Both the position numbers and the translations under genes were made by a program. A stretch of 64,000 bases of DNA from Amoebophrya sp. A120 (lineage: Eukaryota > Protista > Dinoflagellata). The notes under the pieces were generated by a model. That model saw only the letters and a program-made list of their open reading frames with translations. It did no database searches and was not told where the DNA came from. The stretch covers positions 13,904,664 through 13,968,663 of the forward strand of contig CAJINV010000001.1 in NCBI GenBank assembly GCA_905178155.1, in the 5' to 3' direction. The stretch's first letter is position 1, and the number at the start of each line of letters is the position of its first letter. Below are positions 51,710-64,000 of the stretch, in pieces.

Positions 51710-52135
51710 TTAGTCGGTAAAAAGACCTGCTTCGGTCCGTCTTTTCTCCTTACTGAGCTCGGAAGACGCCGAGTGAGACTCTGCGCCGACTGTGCCGTTG
51801 GATTTCTCCTGCGTCGACTGCATCGCCTTCGCTGCTTTCTTAGATCTCAGACTGCGAAGCTCTTCATTACAGATGACGCAAGGCTTTTCACAAGTCTTTC
51901 TGAAGTAATTATTGGGTCCTTCGGCCATGTATACCGATTTTTTGTCTTTGATGTAATCGCTTTTCTCGGAGTCTGAGCATCTAAGTAAGCACTTGCCCTT
52001 GCATGTCGGCGTGAACGGGCAGAACTCATTCCCGCATGGGTGATGGAGTAGCCATAGAGAGCACTGCTTTCCGCAGTGATTACCATAGATTTGCACTGTT
52101 CTCCCTGACATCTTCCTATGACATAGCGCTGCCAT
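51710..52135 (-). CDS. Small Cys/His-rich ORF at the retrotransposon 5' end
   Basis: ATG just inside the A1 boundary; HCGKQC..HPC..CPFTPTCKGKC...CEKPCVIC. Confidence 0.4.
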   Translation of the reverse strand: MAALCHRKMSGRTVQIYGNHCGKQCSLWLLHHPCGNEFCPFTPTCKGKCLLRCSDSEKSDYIKDKKSVYMAEGPNNYFRKTCEKPCVICNEELRSLRSKKAAKAMQSTQEKSNGTVGAESHSASSELSKEKRRTEAGLFTD

Positions 52136-52143
52136 TTGCCTGA

Positions 52144-52290
52144 AGAAAAGAGAAAATGGACTCGCGTTTATACGGTATGCGCGACCCACCGCGCTTAGAA
52201 CAGCGTAGACTCAGATTCCCTCACACTCATTTTCTTCGACTCAAAACTGATGCTAACGAAATTCTCCGAATTTCTCGAAGCATAAAATTT
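52144..52290 (-). repeat. 5' terminal repeat A1 of the YR retrotransposon
   Basis: 147-bp match to 42170-42316. Confidence 0.92.
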
Positions 52291-52686
52291 GATTATGAAA
52301 GAAAACAAGAAAAGATGATGGTTGACGTTAATGATATTTCTTGGAAAATAAGATTTTGCCATCGAATCAGATCGGATCAATCATGTCGGTTGTTGCTCTT
52401 TCATATTCATACTCTTCGATATCATTTTTCGTCATTGAGTTGCAATGTCCCGTAGTGTCGTGTTAATCTTCATCATCATCCTCCTCCTCAGATCACATCA
52501 TCCCAATTTTGATTATGAAAGAAAACAAGAAAAGACGATGGTTGATGTTAATGATATTTCTTGGAAAATAAGATTTTGCCATCGAATCAGATCGGATCAA
52601 TCATGTCGGTTGTTGCTCTTTCATATTCATATTCTTCGATATCATTTTTCGTCATTGAGTTGCAATGTCCCGTAGTGTCGTGTTAA
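52291..52686. repeat. 220-bp-period tandem repeat containing the empty target site
   Basis: 52291-52466 repeats at 52511-52686; 52466-52510 equals 41813-41857. Confidence 0.9.
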
Positions 52687-52836
52687 GTAGGTGTTCGTGA
52701 TTTGTGTGATCAGGGTTCTTTTCGTCTGTAGTATTGGAGTCTCTTGTTCGCGGTCAGTGTCGTTCGTCGCTTTCAGCAATCTGGTTTCATCAATATCATG
52801 CTCAGGAGCCCCATGCGGCAATTGCTGAAGAGCAAA

Positions 52837-55036
<2,200 letters not shown>

Positions 55037-56214
55037 GGTGGTACTTGTTTAGTGGCGAACTAGAGAGGGCTATCAACTATCTTTATCTCTCCGAAAAAAG
55101 CACCAAATTGCCATTTTTTCCTACATAACAGAGGAAGTCCTCGTGCATGTTCTCTTTGAAGCACTTGCACAGCACTGTTAGGCTAAGCAGGGTGAAAACT
55201 TTGTCTACTAACTTCTACAGCACTCAGTTTTGTCAGTGATGGCCTCTGTCTTGCTCTTTCTCCAACTAAATGTTTCCTTCGGTGTTGTGTCGCTGGTCGC
55301 GCATATTTTCTTATTCTCGAAATTGAAATCTTCGGGCTGATGGTTGGTTCGTTGGGCAGGGGTCGCTCGCGAAAAGTTTCTACCTTAATGCCCTCATGGG
55401 GAACAGACCAGAGCGAGAACGTCGTTGAGTGACAACATCATAAGTAATCGATATTGGCCGGAAGCACCATAGCGTCCGCTTTTTTGATGATCGTCACGCG
55501 CTCCAAGAACGCTTGTCAATAACAATATCTTTTTGTGTTTTGTTTAGTCTTGCTCTTGTACTTCGTCTATATCTCTGTGTGTTCTATGATCATCGAGTGC
55601 GAAGCAACGAAAGTGTAGTTGAGTTCGGAATATGTACGTATACCGTCCTCGCAAAAGAAAACGAAACTCGTGCTGCCTTTCGCCCACCAAAAGAAAAAAG
55701 ATGCGCTCGTAGTCGTAGTGCTTGTTCGCTGTGCAACATGTAAGTAGCGCCTTGCCTTTGATAAGTACTACTCTCACCCTTGAGTTGTCAACCTTGACGA
55801 AACCTCCTCTCCCGCCGGTTGCACTGCTTATGCTTTCGTATTCTCGTCAGGCAGCGTCCAATACTAAAGTGATTTTTTCACTGCCAAATTTCTGTAGTCC
55901 GCGTGTCCCCGCCACCTACACCGGGATAAGCACTTGGAGCCCATATGGCTTGCTCAGCTGGAACGATCTCAACTGGAGCAACCGGTGATGCCAAATATGG
56001 ATTATCTGTCTAGCAATGCAAGGAAACTCTTTAATTTTCTTGCATGACACGTCTGTCCTCACAACCACAAGTACTTACTTAGATTTCAAACCGCATGGAC
56101 GTCCAGTCGTGTAAAAAATGATCTGTCATGCAGACCGACGAACTGCTACTGCAGCCAGCAACGAAAAAACATACACACTCTGTCTGTGCCCTTTGATATG
56201 CAGCAAAATTTTTC

Positions 56215-59145
56215 TTATTTTTCATTTTCTATTGTCCCAGTTGAGATGGTTTCAGGTGAACACCAGGCCATAAACTTTTCCACGTTAATATCCTTCTTCA
56301 GCCCATCGAGGAAAAGTTTTGCAAAGATCCCGCCTACCACTGGTCGCGCAGCGAAGCCTCCCAGCGCCTTTCCGGAGTCAACGTCGTACCAGTCTGATAA
56401 GGGAATCCTGCTTGTAGTCTCGTTGGCAAATTTGTGCATCGCATCAAGGTAAAGCGGATCAAAATTTTCTGTCTCAACATGATCCGCGGAGGTGGTTGCG
56501 CCGAAAAGAAAGCCCAGGTAGTCGAGTTTCGTGTACCGCGCTCGGGGGTCGAGCGGCAAGCCAAAGGAGGCCATTTTTTTGCGGTAGAAAGCGTGCTCCT
56601 TTTGCAGCACCAGGTCCTCAGGGAACGGTAGAGCGTCGGTTCGCATGCTTGATGTTTCCCACTCAGCAGAGTCGGAAACAGTCCTGGTGTTGCGCCCTTT
56701 GGTGCCCTTTGCTCCCTTACCGTTCTTTCCGCCCTCATTTTCGTCGCCCTTGTCATCTTCGATTGTCCCGGAAGAATCGGCTTCGGTTTTCCCACCTGGC
56801 AGCAATAGCCTGCGCCTCCACTGATGACGCTTGCGTTCCACAAGGACTTGCAAAACACGCTGGAAAAACAAGTTGTACTTTAGACTGTAACTTTCACTGC
56901 TGGTATCGTTCAGAAAAAGTTTGTAATGGTCAATGTCTGTCTTGGTTGCTTTCGCTCTTCCTCTTTCCAGAATATCGCCATGATCCGTTGTCACGTTGAC
57001 CGCAGCCAGTTGCATCCAGGTTCGGCCGTATGTTTCTGCAACCCTTTTTGCTTCCTCGTCGCCAAAAGCGAAGCCGTAAGCGGCGAGAGCCACAATTCCC
57101 TTCACCGCGAGATTGCTGTTGTGTGTGGAGGGGCCTTGAAAGTCGTCGGTGCACAATTGAAACGAGGGATCTGGGAGGTTCTCTTTCAGATAATCTGCCC
57201 AATGACGCAGTAATTCTGATCGACCTGTTACAACCGGCGCGCCTGACAAAGCTGGACGGCGGAATTTCCTGGAGCCCCGTGATGAAGGAAGTGAGGGTGT
57301 TGAGGACCTTGTAGAAGTTCTGCCAGTTCTTGCAAGCCCGGATAGTACGTCGCTTTCTTTCTCACTTGTAGCAGGATAACTCTCCGGGTCTTCTTCTTGC
57401 ATCAGCTTCAAGAATATTCAGTGCAAAAGCATCGCAGTAATCGCAATTGACATCGTCTTCTTGCATCAATCTACCTAGAAGACTTTTCGTTCTGAAACAA
57501 AACTTAAACGACTGTCAACATACAACTTATAAATAGCTGCGACGCTTTTGCAACGCATAAAGAACGACAATAACAACAGCATGTTCCCGGTTTCTTCCAG
57601 CGGCATGTCCTCCTGCTTGTTCCCTGGCCTTCGCGCGACCGGCCACGTCCCCAGGTCGTGCGGCGCGAAGGGAAGGCTGTAGTTGTACTTTGCTACTCCG
57701 CATGCACTGCAAAAGCATCGCACGCGGCAGACTGGTAGGAATTGCATTCATGTACCTGCTTCCTGACCTGAATCTACATTGTATTTGTAGATTCATCAGG
57801 TCAGAAAACAGATCCGTCATGCAATAGCTCGCGGTAATTTATTACTAGAATGCGACGGCGTTGCTTTTGCACAACATACTCCAGTTTCGTTGTTCGCGTA
57901 GATCAGGAGCGGTTCCAGGAGGTCTTGTAGCAGTGTTGGGTTGAAGTGCAGGAGGACTGGGCTCATTGGCGCGATCACGTCCACGGTGCTGACGTCGCCG
58001 TCGCTGGAAATTTCCTTGACGAAAAAGAGTGGCTTTTTCCGGGCGGTGTCGTAGCCGACCGTGAGGGCGCCGGTGCACTGGCGGTAGGAAAGGTGCGCCA
58101 GATCCGCATACTTCTTCCCACCACTCGCACGCAAACTTGTTCCCAGAGTGCTGTCAAACTTCCGCGCCGCGGCTATCCTGAGTAAAAACGTCCCCACACC
58201 AGAGTCAGGATTTTGGGAGTCACGCACGCAACACAAACCTAGGGGTTTTGGGAGTCACGCATGACAAATTGCACTCCGCAGTGTAGTGCTGGTTAGCAAG
58301 TGCAGCCGCGTCACAGACTCATCTGCTCATCCTGTTCACAGCGTCACAAATTCCAAAACACGACTGGAAATGGCTCTCATGGGTATGCGCATTACAAGTC
58401 TTCCTGTCTTTGCAAATCTGCATTACACCTCTGGCGTGGGTACGTTTTTACTCAGGATAGCGGCAAACAGTCCGGACCGCCACACGGTGGCGCGGGAAAG
58501 GACCTTCTGGAGGAAAACTGCACGGGCAAAGTAGGGATGGTCGTCGTCGTGTTCTTTAGATGAAGAAAAAGATTGATAACGCTCTTCATCTACATCTTCT
58601 TCGTGCGCAGTTGGCGTTCTTCTGCTAGCACTGCTTTGAACAGAATCAATACCACTTTTTTCATCGTCCTTGATGTTATAGTCCACATTTCGCAATCGCT
58701 TTCGCAGTCCTCGCATTTTTTCCACGGATTTCGCTGCCGGCGAGATTTGTGTCCAGTAGGGCGGCAAGCTCCGTTCGAAAAAATCTATGGCAAAGTCGCC
58801 GGCGTCGAAGGCGAACGTGAGCTCGGCCGTTCGTGGCAGTTCCTCAATGCTTCCCAACTCGAACCAGACGGCCGCGACCACGCCCGAGTCGTTGTCTTCC
58901 TCGCTACTACTTGCGCGCCTTCCTTTGGTTTGTCCCTGTTTCAAAAAATTCTCCTGGCATGCCGTCGAGGATGGGCAGACCTGACTGGTAACTAGACCGC
59001 TTTCCTTCCGTTCCCTGTTCGCAGAGCCTGGTCGGGTAGCTGAACCAGGGCCCGCGGTTTTGTCTTTCTGTTCGTACGCTGGGTGGTGCCCCGCAAGATG
59101 AAAAGCGCCCCAGTTGATTCGATCGACGTTAGCACTTATCAACTG
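56215..59145 (-). CDS. gtaA: Glutaminase GtaA-family protein (DUF4965/DUF1793-type); 5' part displaced by the retrotransposon
   Basis: Exons 59145-58460, 58168-57879, 57695-57560, 57409-56215 (769 codons); RINWG, KEISSDGDVSTVDVI, APHDLGTWP, MPLEETGNML, QLCTDDF, NLAVKGI, YSLKYNL, PLSDWYD, FAARPVVGG. Confidence 0.85.
57415..57559. mobile_element. Introner in glutaminase (145 bp)
   Basis: TIR TAT....TGCAAAAGC.TCGCAG, TSD AAGAA; removal gives LSFLKLMQ. Confidence 0.88.
57701..57878. mobile_element. Introner in glutaminase (178 bp), same family as 57415-57559
   Basis: TIR (T/C)ATG...TGCAAAAGCA.CGC, TSD CTCCG/CTCCA; removal gives ETGVAKYNY. Confidence 0.8.
58174..58459. mobile_element. Introner in glutaminase (286 bp), same family as 53074-53443
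   Basis: ~31-bp TIR TATCCTGAGTAAAAACGT.CCCAC.CCAGAG, TSD GCGGC; removal gives LFAAARKFD. Confidence 0.9.
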
Positions 59146-59997
59146 TAACTATTATGCAGGTGCCGATGCCCATACTGTATGGTCTTCGTCCGTTCACGGA
59201 CCGATGGATGCCTACAGCGGCCCCCGCCCCCGAAGGGGGGTAGGGTCGCCGTTTGGTGGTGCGCGAGCACACACCCGAACGCTGAAACGCACCGCGAGCG
59301 TCCTTCAGAAGTGGCGGGGCGGGCAGTAGGCCTCACCCCTAGAGCACACATAGCCTTTGGCTCTGATGTGAGCTAGACTATACTCTTGGAAGGGCGGCGG
59401 TGCGTTGTCGTAAGGATGCATGCACACGCGCCGTGGCAAGACTAAGACCGTACAGAGAGACTCCTGACGCCTCACTGGAGGCCGTGACATGTCTGGCCCT
59501 AGAGAGGGGCAGAGTCAGGGTGGGCAGAAAAAAGACCAAGAGAATAGGGACAGGAGGCCTGTACGGCATCCCTCCCGGCGTGACAAAGGTCATGCCAATC
59601 TCAGTCACCTGCGGCCGCGTAAGGTTCTCGACCGACTCGCCGCCTCCAGCGGCTGAGCCACACAGTATGTCCAACCAATTCGCCGAGACCGCTTACGCGC
59701 GTAAACATCCATCAGACCAAACAGCATGGGCGGCGCCTCAGTCTAGTTACCAAGTCCTAACTATTATGCAGGTGCCGATGCCCATACTGTATGGTCTTCG
59801 TCCGTTCACGGACCGATGGATGCCTACAGCGGCCCCCGCCCCCGAAGGGGGGTAGGGTCGCCGTTTGGTGGTGCGCGAGCACACACCCGAACGCTGAAAC
59901 GCACCGCGAGCGTCCTTCAGAAGTGGCGGGGCGGGCAGTAGGCCTCACCCCTAGAGCACACATAGCCTTTGGCTCTGATGTGAGCTAGACTATACTC
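59146..59997 (-). repeat. Split direct repeats B2 (59146-59385) and B1 (59758-59997) flanking presumptive A2 (59386-59757)
   Basis: Apparently identical 240-bp copies at a 612-bp offset. Confidence 0.9.
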
Positions 59998-61036
59998 CCA
60001 ATCGTGCTGCCTGAGGCCCGCCCCCCCGCCAGTTGTGATGCCTTTGCGGGGCTATGGTAGTACCATATTTCCAGAGCACTGTGGTAACTGTGGGGCCACG
60101 GAATCGTCCGGGACGCATGGTTTGCTACGTGCGGTCTCATTCATCTGGGTAAGTGTGTGCACTTGTGTACTTTCAACTGATGCTGAGTCACATCATCCAT
60201 CTGCAGATTAGAACGAGTGAGATCATCATTTGAATCCGATGAAGATCGAGATTAGAAAGAATCACTCAAATCAGACGCGGAGAGAGAGTCGGGCACTCGA
60301 TCGAAGAGAGATTTTCCTTTGAGAAGAATGCGGACGATGGAGCTCATCCCCGGATGATATATTTTTTGAAATTCAGAAACAGAACAGCTTGACTTGCTGA
60401 TGTTCCTCTACCCGAGCCTTGTTTGGCGATGGCTCACAATAATACAGCACTTTTAGAAACGCAACATACAGGATGAGGTCCGGGCTTGTCGCTCTTGGGC
60501 CACGAAAAGAACGTGGTCAGCGAAGTCTAAAAAGTAGCGCATTTCCGTTGTAATCGCGAGAAAGTCTACTGCTAGTGCGCGCGAGTCAGTGTTGTTGAGT
60601 CTCGACACATGCTCTTTCAGTAGATCTTGTGTGCACCGCAGTCGTTTTTTGGCATCCTCCAGGAGACGACCGATGACGTCCTCCTCCACCGGTGGCACAG
60701 CTGCCAGGCACCATGGCGACACGCAGTGTCTAACTGCGCGGTGAGTCGGTGTGTCGGTACCTGTGGTGTTCTGTCACTTATGCATGAATGTGGGGGGGGG
60801 ATGGGGCTGCTAGTGAGCTTCTGCGTCATCACTGAGACATCACAAAAACAGAAGGGCGGGAATATACCTTTTTTGTGTGGGGTAGGTGCTTGTGGTGTGT
60901 GCTGTCCCGCTGGTACCAGTGGTGATCGGGCGGGTGCCAAATTGCCTGTGTTTTGAATTTGAGTCGATCAGATGCATCGCATGTGGCTGCACGCATTCCA
61001 AACCACATACAGCAACAGGTCGAGACCTAAGGGAAA

Positions 61037-61555
61037 CTAATAATACTTTTTCTCGGTGTCCTGTTGCTTGGTGTCATCGCTGGTCCCAGTGGTCGTCTTC
61101 GAGGGGGAGGATGAAGACGCGGGCGTCGAGGACGAGGGGGGAGAATCGCGGTCGTTGCAGAAGAGAACGAAATCAACAGTTTCCCGGCCATCGGTCCAGG
61201 GGTAGAGCTGCATGGGCTTGGTCACCTGATCGTCGTAGCGGGCACGGGACTCGGAGAGCCGCGCAAGCGTGGCGTCGAGGCACTCCTCTTCGGACAAGCA
61301 TTTCCGGAGGAATATCTTGCTGGCGCACTCCTTGAGTGCCTTCTTCAATTTCTCATCTTTGCACGCAGAGATAGCCTCGCGATACGAATCTTTCCATAAT
61401 TTATCGCTCTGCGCCTGGACGCAAACAAACGCATCATGTGAGATTATTTTCTGCATGGAGACGTAGTTGTAAAAGAAGATGACGGCATTCTTTTCAAAGT
61501 CCTGAAAGAACTCTTCTGGCGTCATCGGACTGCTTTCCTTCTTAAAGGGCAACAT
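61037..61555 (-). CDS. Accessory ORF of retrotransposon 2 (possibly first exon of a spliced gene extending to ~60453)
   Basis: 172-codon ATG ORF downstream of YR; no family recognised. Confidence 0.45.
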   Translation of the reverse strand: MLPFKKESSPMTPEEFFQDFEKNAVIFFYNYVSMQKIISHDAFVCVQAQSDKLWKDSYREAISACKDEKLKKALKECASKIFLRKCLSEEECLDATLARLSESRARYDDQVTKPMQLYPWTDGRETVDFVLFCNDRDSPPSSSTPASSSSPSKTTTGTSDDTKQQDTEKKYY

Positions 61556-61717
61556 GGCTACTACGTGGTCCTATGATGTGTCGCTGTGCTGTGGTCCCTG
61601 CTCAAGAACAAGACAGAGTATTTTTTTGAAAGAAAATGCAAAGCGCGCTCGAAGATGGCGCTGCTCGACAGAAGCTGACCTCTCTTTTCCTTTTTGAAAG
61701 AAACAAAATCCTTCCTA

Positions 61718-62877
61718 TCAGTATTCGTCTTTGTCGATCGGTTGATGAAGTTCTTCTGTGAGGTAATTGAAGGCTTCTTTGGCCACAAATAATGGCGCGT
61801 CTAGATGATCTTTGTAGTCGAGTGTATACCCACGAAAACTGGTCATCCAGTTGTTGCTGCTCCAATCGAAATGAAGCGAAGTGCGATTTTGTGTCTCATT
61901 TGGAACTTGATTGAGCTCTTTGATGTTGCAACGTGCCATTGCCTTGCGTAACACTAACGCAAGCGTTCTCCTAGGGCCATGTCCGGTGGTTCCTGCGTGC
62001 TTGGCCGCTATCGCTAGTTTGGCGGCGGTGTAGGGGAGTGGCAAGCCACTGAGCCTCGCTGGGACGTAGGAGGGAAATTGGACGCTCGATACTGTGGAGC
62101 TACACTTGGTTGTCACCAACGCAGTTGCCCACTTTGGATCGTCTGCGTTGGGCTTGACGATGTCGATTGACTGCATTGAGGCAGCTCGCAGTCCGGAGCA
62201 GACCCAGAAGCGCACAATGTTCTTGTCCATTTGGTTGAGCAGTTTCACCCTGGCCGCTGTCACCGGTTTGGCTTTTGCGGCAGAGAATTGCTCCCGTAGC
62301 CGATTGACGGAGTTGGTGAGCAGCTTCATGTTGTCAGTGACTTCCATTTTGCCTGTTGTTGATTCAGAGGATGCGTCTGATCACGACTTGTCGAATGATG
62401 CAAGAAACATAGCGACGCAAGGCGTCACAAAAAGAAAGAAAAAGCACCTACTTGCTTTAGTCTGGAGATGACCGCGCAGGTGTAATTTGCTTGGCTTCGG
62501 CTCATGTCCATCTCGATGAGGAACTCCGAGAAGCTGTAAACTTCTCGCAAGTAGGTGAACGTGGGGCACTGGAGGTGCGTCATCGGCTCGCCGTATTTCG
62601 GGATGTAGATTCGGTCACTGGGTTTGGTGGTGGTTAATGAATTCCACCAGCTAACGAACGACGTCCAATGAGCTTCCCGCTGCTTGACAGATTGATGGGG
62701 AAAACTCGCCTCCATCGGCCACACCCAGAGCTGATCTTGATACTCGAGGCGTGCATCGGGGTCCCTTGCTATGTTTTTAGCCCGTGGCGGATTTGCTGAC
62801 GAGGGCTTCCTCGTGCTTGAGCTTGAAGTTTTGGATGCGGGTCGCGGCATTGTCGATCGCTTGCCTGAGTAGTTCAC
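61718..62877 (-). CDS. Tyrosine recombinase of retrotransposon 2 (probable GT-AG intron 62447-62353)
   Basis: CSGLRAAS (R), TGHGPRR (HxxR), HFDW...FRGY (Y); splice joins RLKQVG|KMEV in frame. Confidence 0.7.
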
Positions 62878-64000
62878 CGTATTCAGCGGACCTGTTATCG
62901 GCGGATGTTAGCTTAAAGAATGCTTGCGTCAGAGATAGTCGTGTCAGCGCGTCCGCTGGATTGCGCTTTGTGTTGATGTAGTGAATGACTGGAGTAAATT
63001 CCAGCCCCCTCCATAGTTGAGCGATCATCGAGGACAAGACTGACCCGGCGACAGCTGATGATGCTCCGCGAGTGATAGCGTATGCCGAGCCACAGTTGTC
63101 GACGTGGCTGATTCCTCTCGCATGTCGGATGTAGTTTTGCCAGAACTCTCCTGCAAGATAGACTGCAAGCAGTTCGCACACAAAAGTCTTCTCGTCACGT
63201 AGCCCAACTGGAAGTTGGGTGCTGCCTGGAGGACCGTTCGGGCCATGCGTGAAGTGGTACGAGAAACAGAGAGGAGCTGGCTCATCGGCTGTGAAGATGA
63301 CTCCCCCAACATATACATCGTTGCCTTCTGCTGCTGCATCAGTGAAGATCTCTACCGTCGCGGCTCCATTCAGGCGCGCCGCAAGAGATAGCGGCTTATT
63401 TTCCTTGATAGCTTGCTTCGCCTCTTCAACCATGGCTGCTACTGCTAGCACGTGCGAATCGGTGCCCTGCTTGATGAGGTTGGAGATGACTCGCGGGGCT
63501 GTGTACTTAGCTAGTAGGCGCACGGCGGGACTGTGGTCTAGGCATCTTCTGGCGAAGAGGTGACTGCAGGTGACTCCTAGTGCTTGTTGTACGTCGAGGA
63601 GGGCACGCGATCTGTCGAGGATCGCGCTCTGCATCCGTGTGACTGTGGTCACTGCTTTGGCGACTTTTTCTGGCGCCATTGCGAATGAGACGTCGTCGGC
63701 GGAGCTGGTGGCGTCGACGCCTAGCACATCGGTGGGCACATTCCGTTGCGCTATGATGTCTTTCTTGTCGGCCGATGCGAATCCGAGGAGGCCGAGAAAC
63801 TGCTTGACTGCCTGGCGCGCTGCTGGGGCCATCCATTCAGGGGCGAGCAGAATGATGTCGTCCACATAGCAAAGGCAGCTGATGCCGAGGCATCGCTCTA
63901 TCATTGCCTCCACGTAGCCGCTGATTGCTCCGCAGTAATGGTATACCGAATGGAGATTACCGAAGGACATGGCATTGCTGATGAAGAATTTGTATCGTTG
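62777..64000 (-). CDS. Reverse transcriptase-RNase H of retrotransposon 2 (5' partial)
   Basis: MSFG, YVDDII, VLG; RNase H IFTDAA...CELLAV...HVDN...INTKRNPADALTR. Confidence 0.88.
   Translation of the reverse strand, partial: QRYKFFISNAMSFGNLHSVYHYCGAISGYVEAMIERCLGISCLCYVDDIILLAPEWMAPAARQAVKQFLGLLGFASADKKDIIAQRNVPTDVLGVDATSSADDVSFAMAPEKVAKAVTTVTRMQSAILDRSRALLDVQQALGVTCSHLFARRCLDHSPAVRLLAKYTAPRVISNLIKQGTDSHVLAVAAMVEEAKQAIKENKPLSLAARLNGAATVEIFTDAAAEGNDVYVGGVIFTADEPAPLCFSYHFTHGPNGPPGSTQLPVGLRDEKTFVCELLAVYLAGEFWQNYIRHARGISHVDNCGSAYAITRGASSAVAGSVLSSMIAQLWRGLEFTPVIHYINTKRNPADALTRLSLTQAFFKLTSADNRSAEYGELLRQAIDNAATRIQNFKLKHEEALVSKSATG

Larger units (their letters stand above)
41858..52290 (-). mobile_element. 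Full-length, decayed tyrosine-recombinase retrotransposon (DIRS order, Ngaro/VIPER/PAT-like split direct repeats A1-ORFs-B1-A2-B2)
   Basis: A1 52144-52290 = A2 42170-42316 (4 mismatches); B1 42317-42457 = B2 41858-41998 (2 mismatches); encodes gag-like, YR, RT, RNase H and macrodomain on -. Confidence 0.9.
59146..64000 (-). mobile_element. Second YR retrotransposon (3' part: RT/RNaseH - YR - accessory ORFs - B1-A2-B2); continues beyond the window
   Basis: 240-bp direct repeats 59146-59385 and 59758-59997; RT, RNase H and YR motifs upstream on -. Confidence 0.85.

Noticed and set aside
59146-59997. 240-bp direct repeats as the LTRs of a tiny LTR element
   Set aside because: No TG...CA ends or TSD, and the adjacent YR plus RT/RH fit split direct repeats better
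60149-60206. Antisense GTAAGT...CAG intron in element 2
   Set aside because: No associated reading frame or other support

Overview
This is eukaryotic, intron-containing genomic DNA. It most resembles a syndinian dinoflagellate such as Amoebophrya (inferred from co-oriented gene blocks and many non-canonical introns bounded by inverted plus direct repeats). Host genes from 1 to 40 kb are all on +: several low-complexity hypotheticals, a split ZZ-finger protein, a coiled-coil protein, a ~2,250-aa AlkB/ALKBH2-3-type dioxygenase, a Cys-rich secreted protein, a nicolin-1 homologue, a Tpt1-lobe protein and RFC1. Host genes from 52.8 kb on are on -: a PSTAIRE CDK and a GtaA-type glutaminase. Two mobile systems stand out. 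(1) Nine MITE-like 'introner' insertions interrupt four genes. All have TAT...ATA-type termini, terminal inverted repeats and a 5-bp target duplication; none can be read as GT-AG, and most share an internal GCAT(C/G)ACA motif. (2) Two tyrosine-recombinase (YR) retrotransposons have split direct repeats. A complete but decayed 10.4-kb copy (41858-52290) has gag-YR-RT/RNaseH order, GT-AG introns in gag and a TARG1/Poa1p-type macrodomain cargo, sits at the convergent strand switch, and has its empty target site preserved next to it. A second, partial copy (59146 to beyond the window end) abuts the glutaminase gene. All domain calls are from motif recognition by eye; no database searches were run.
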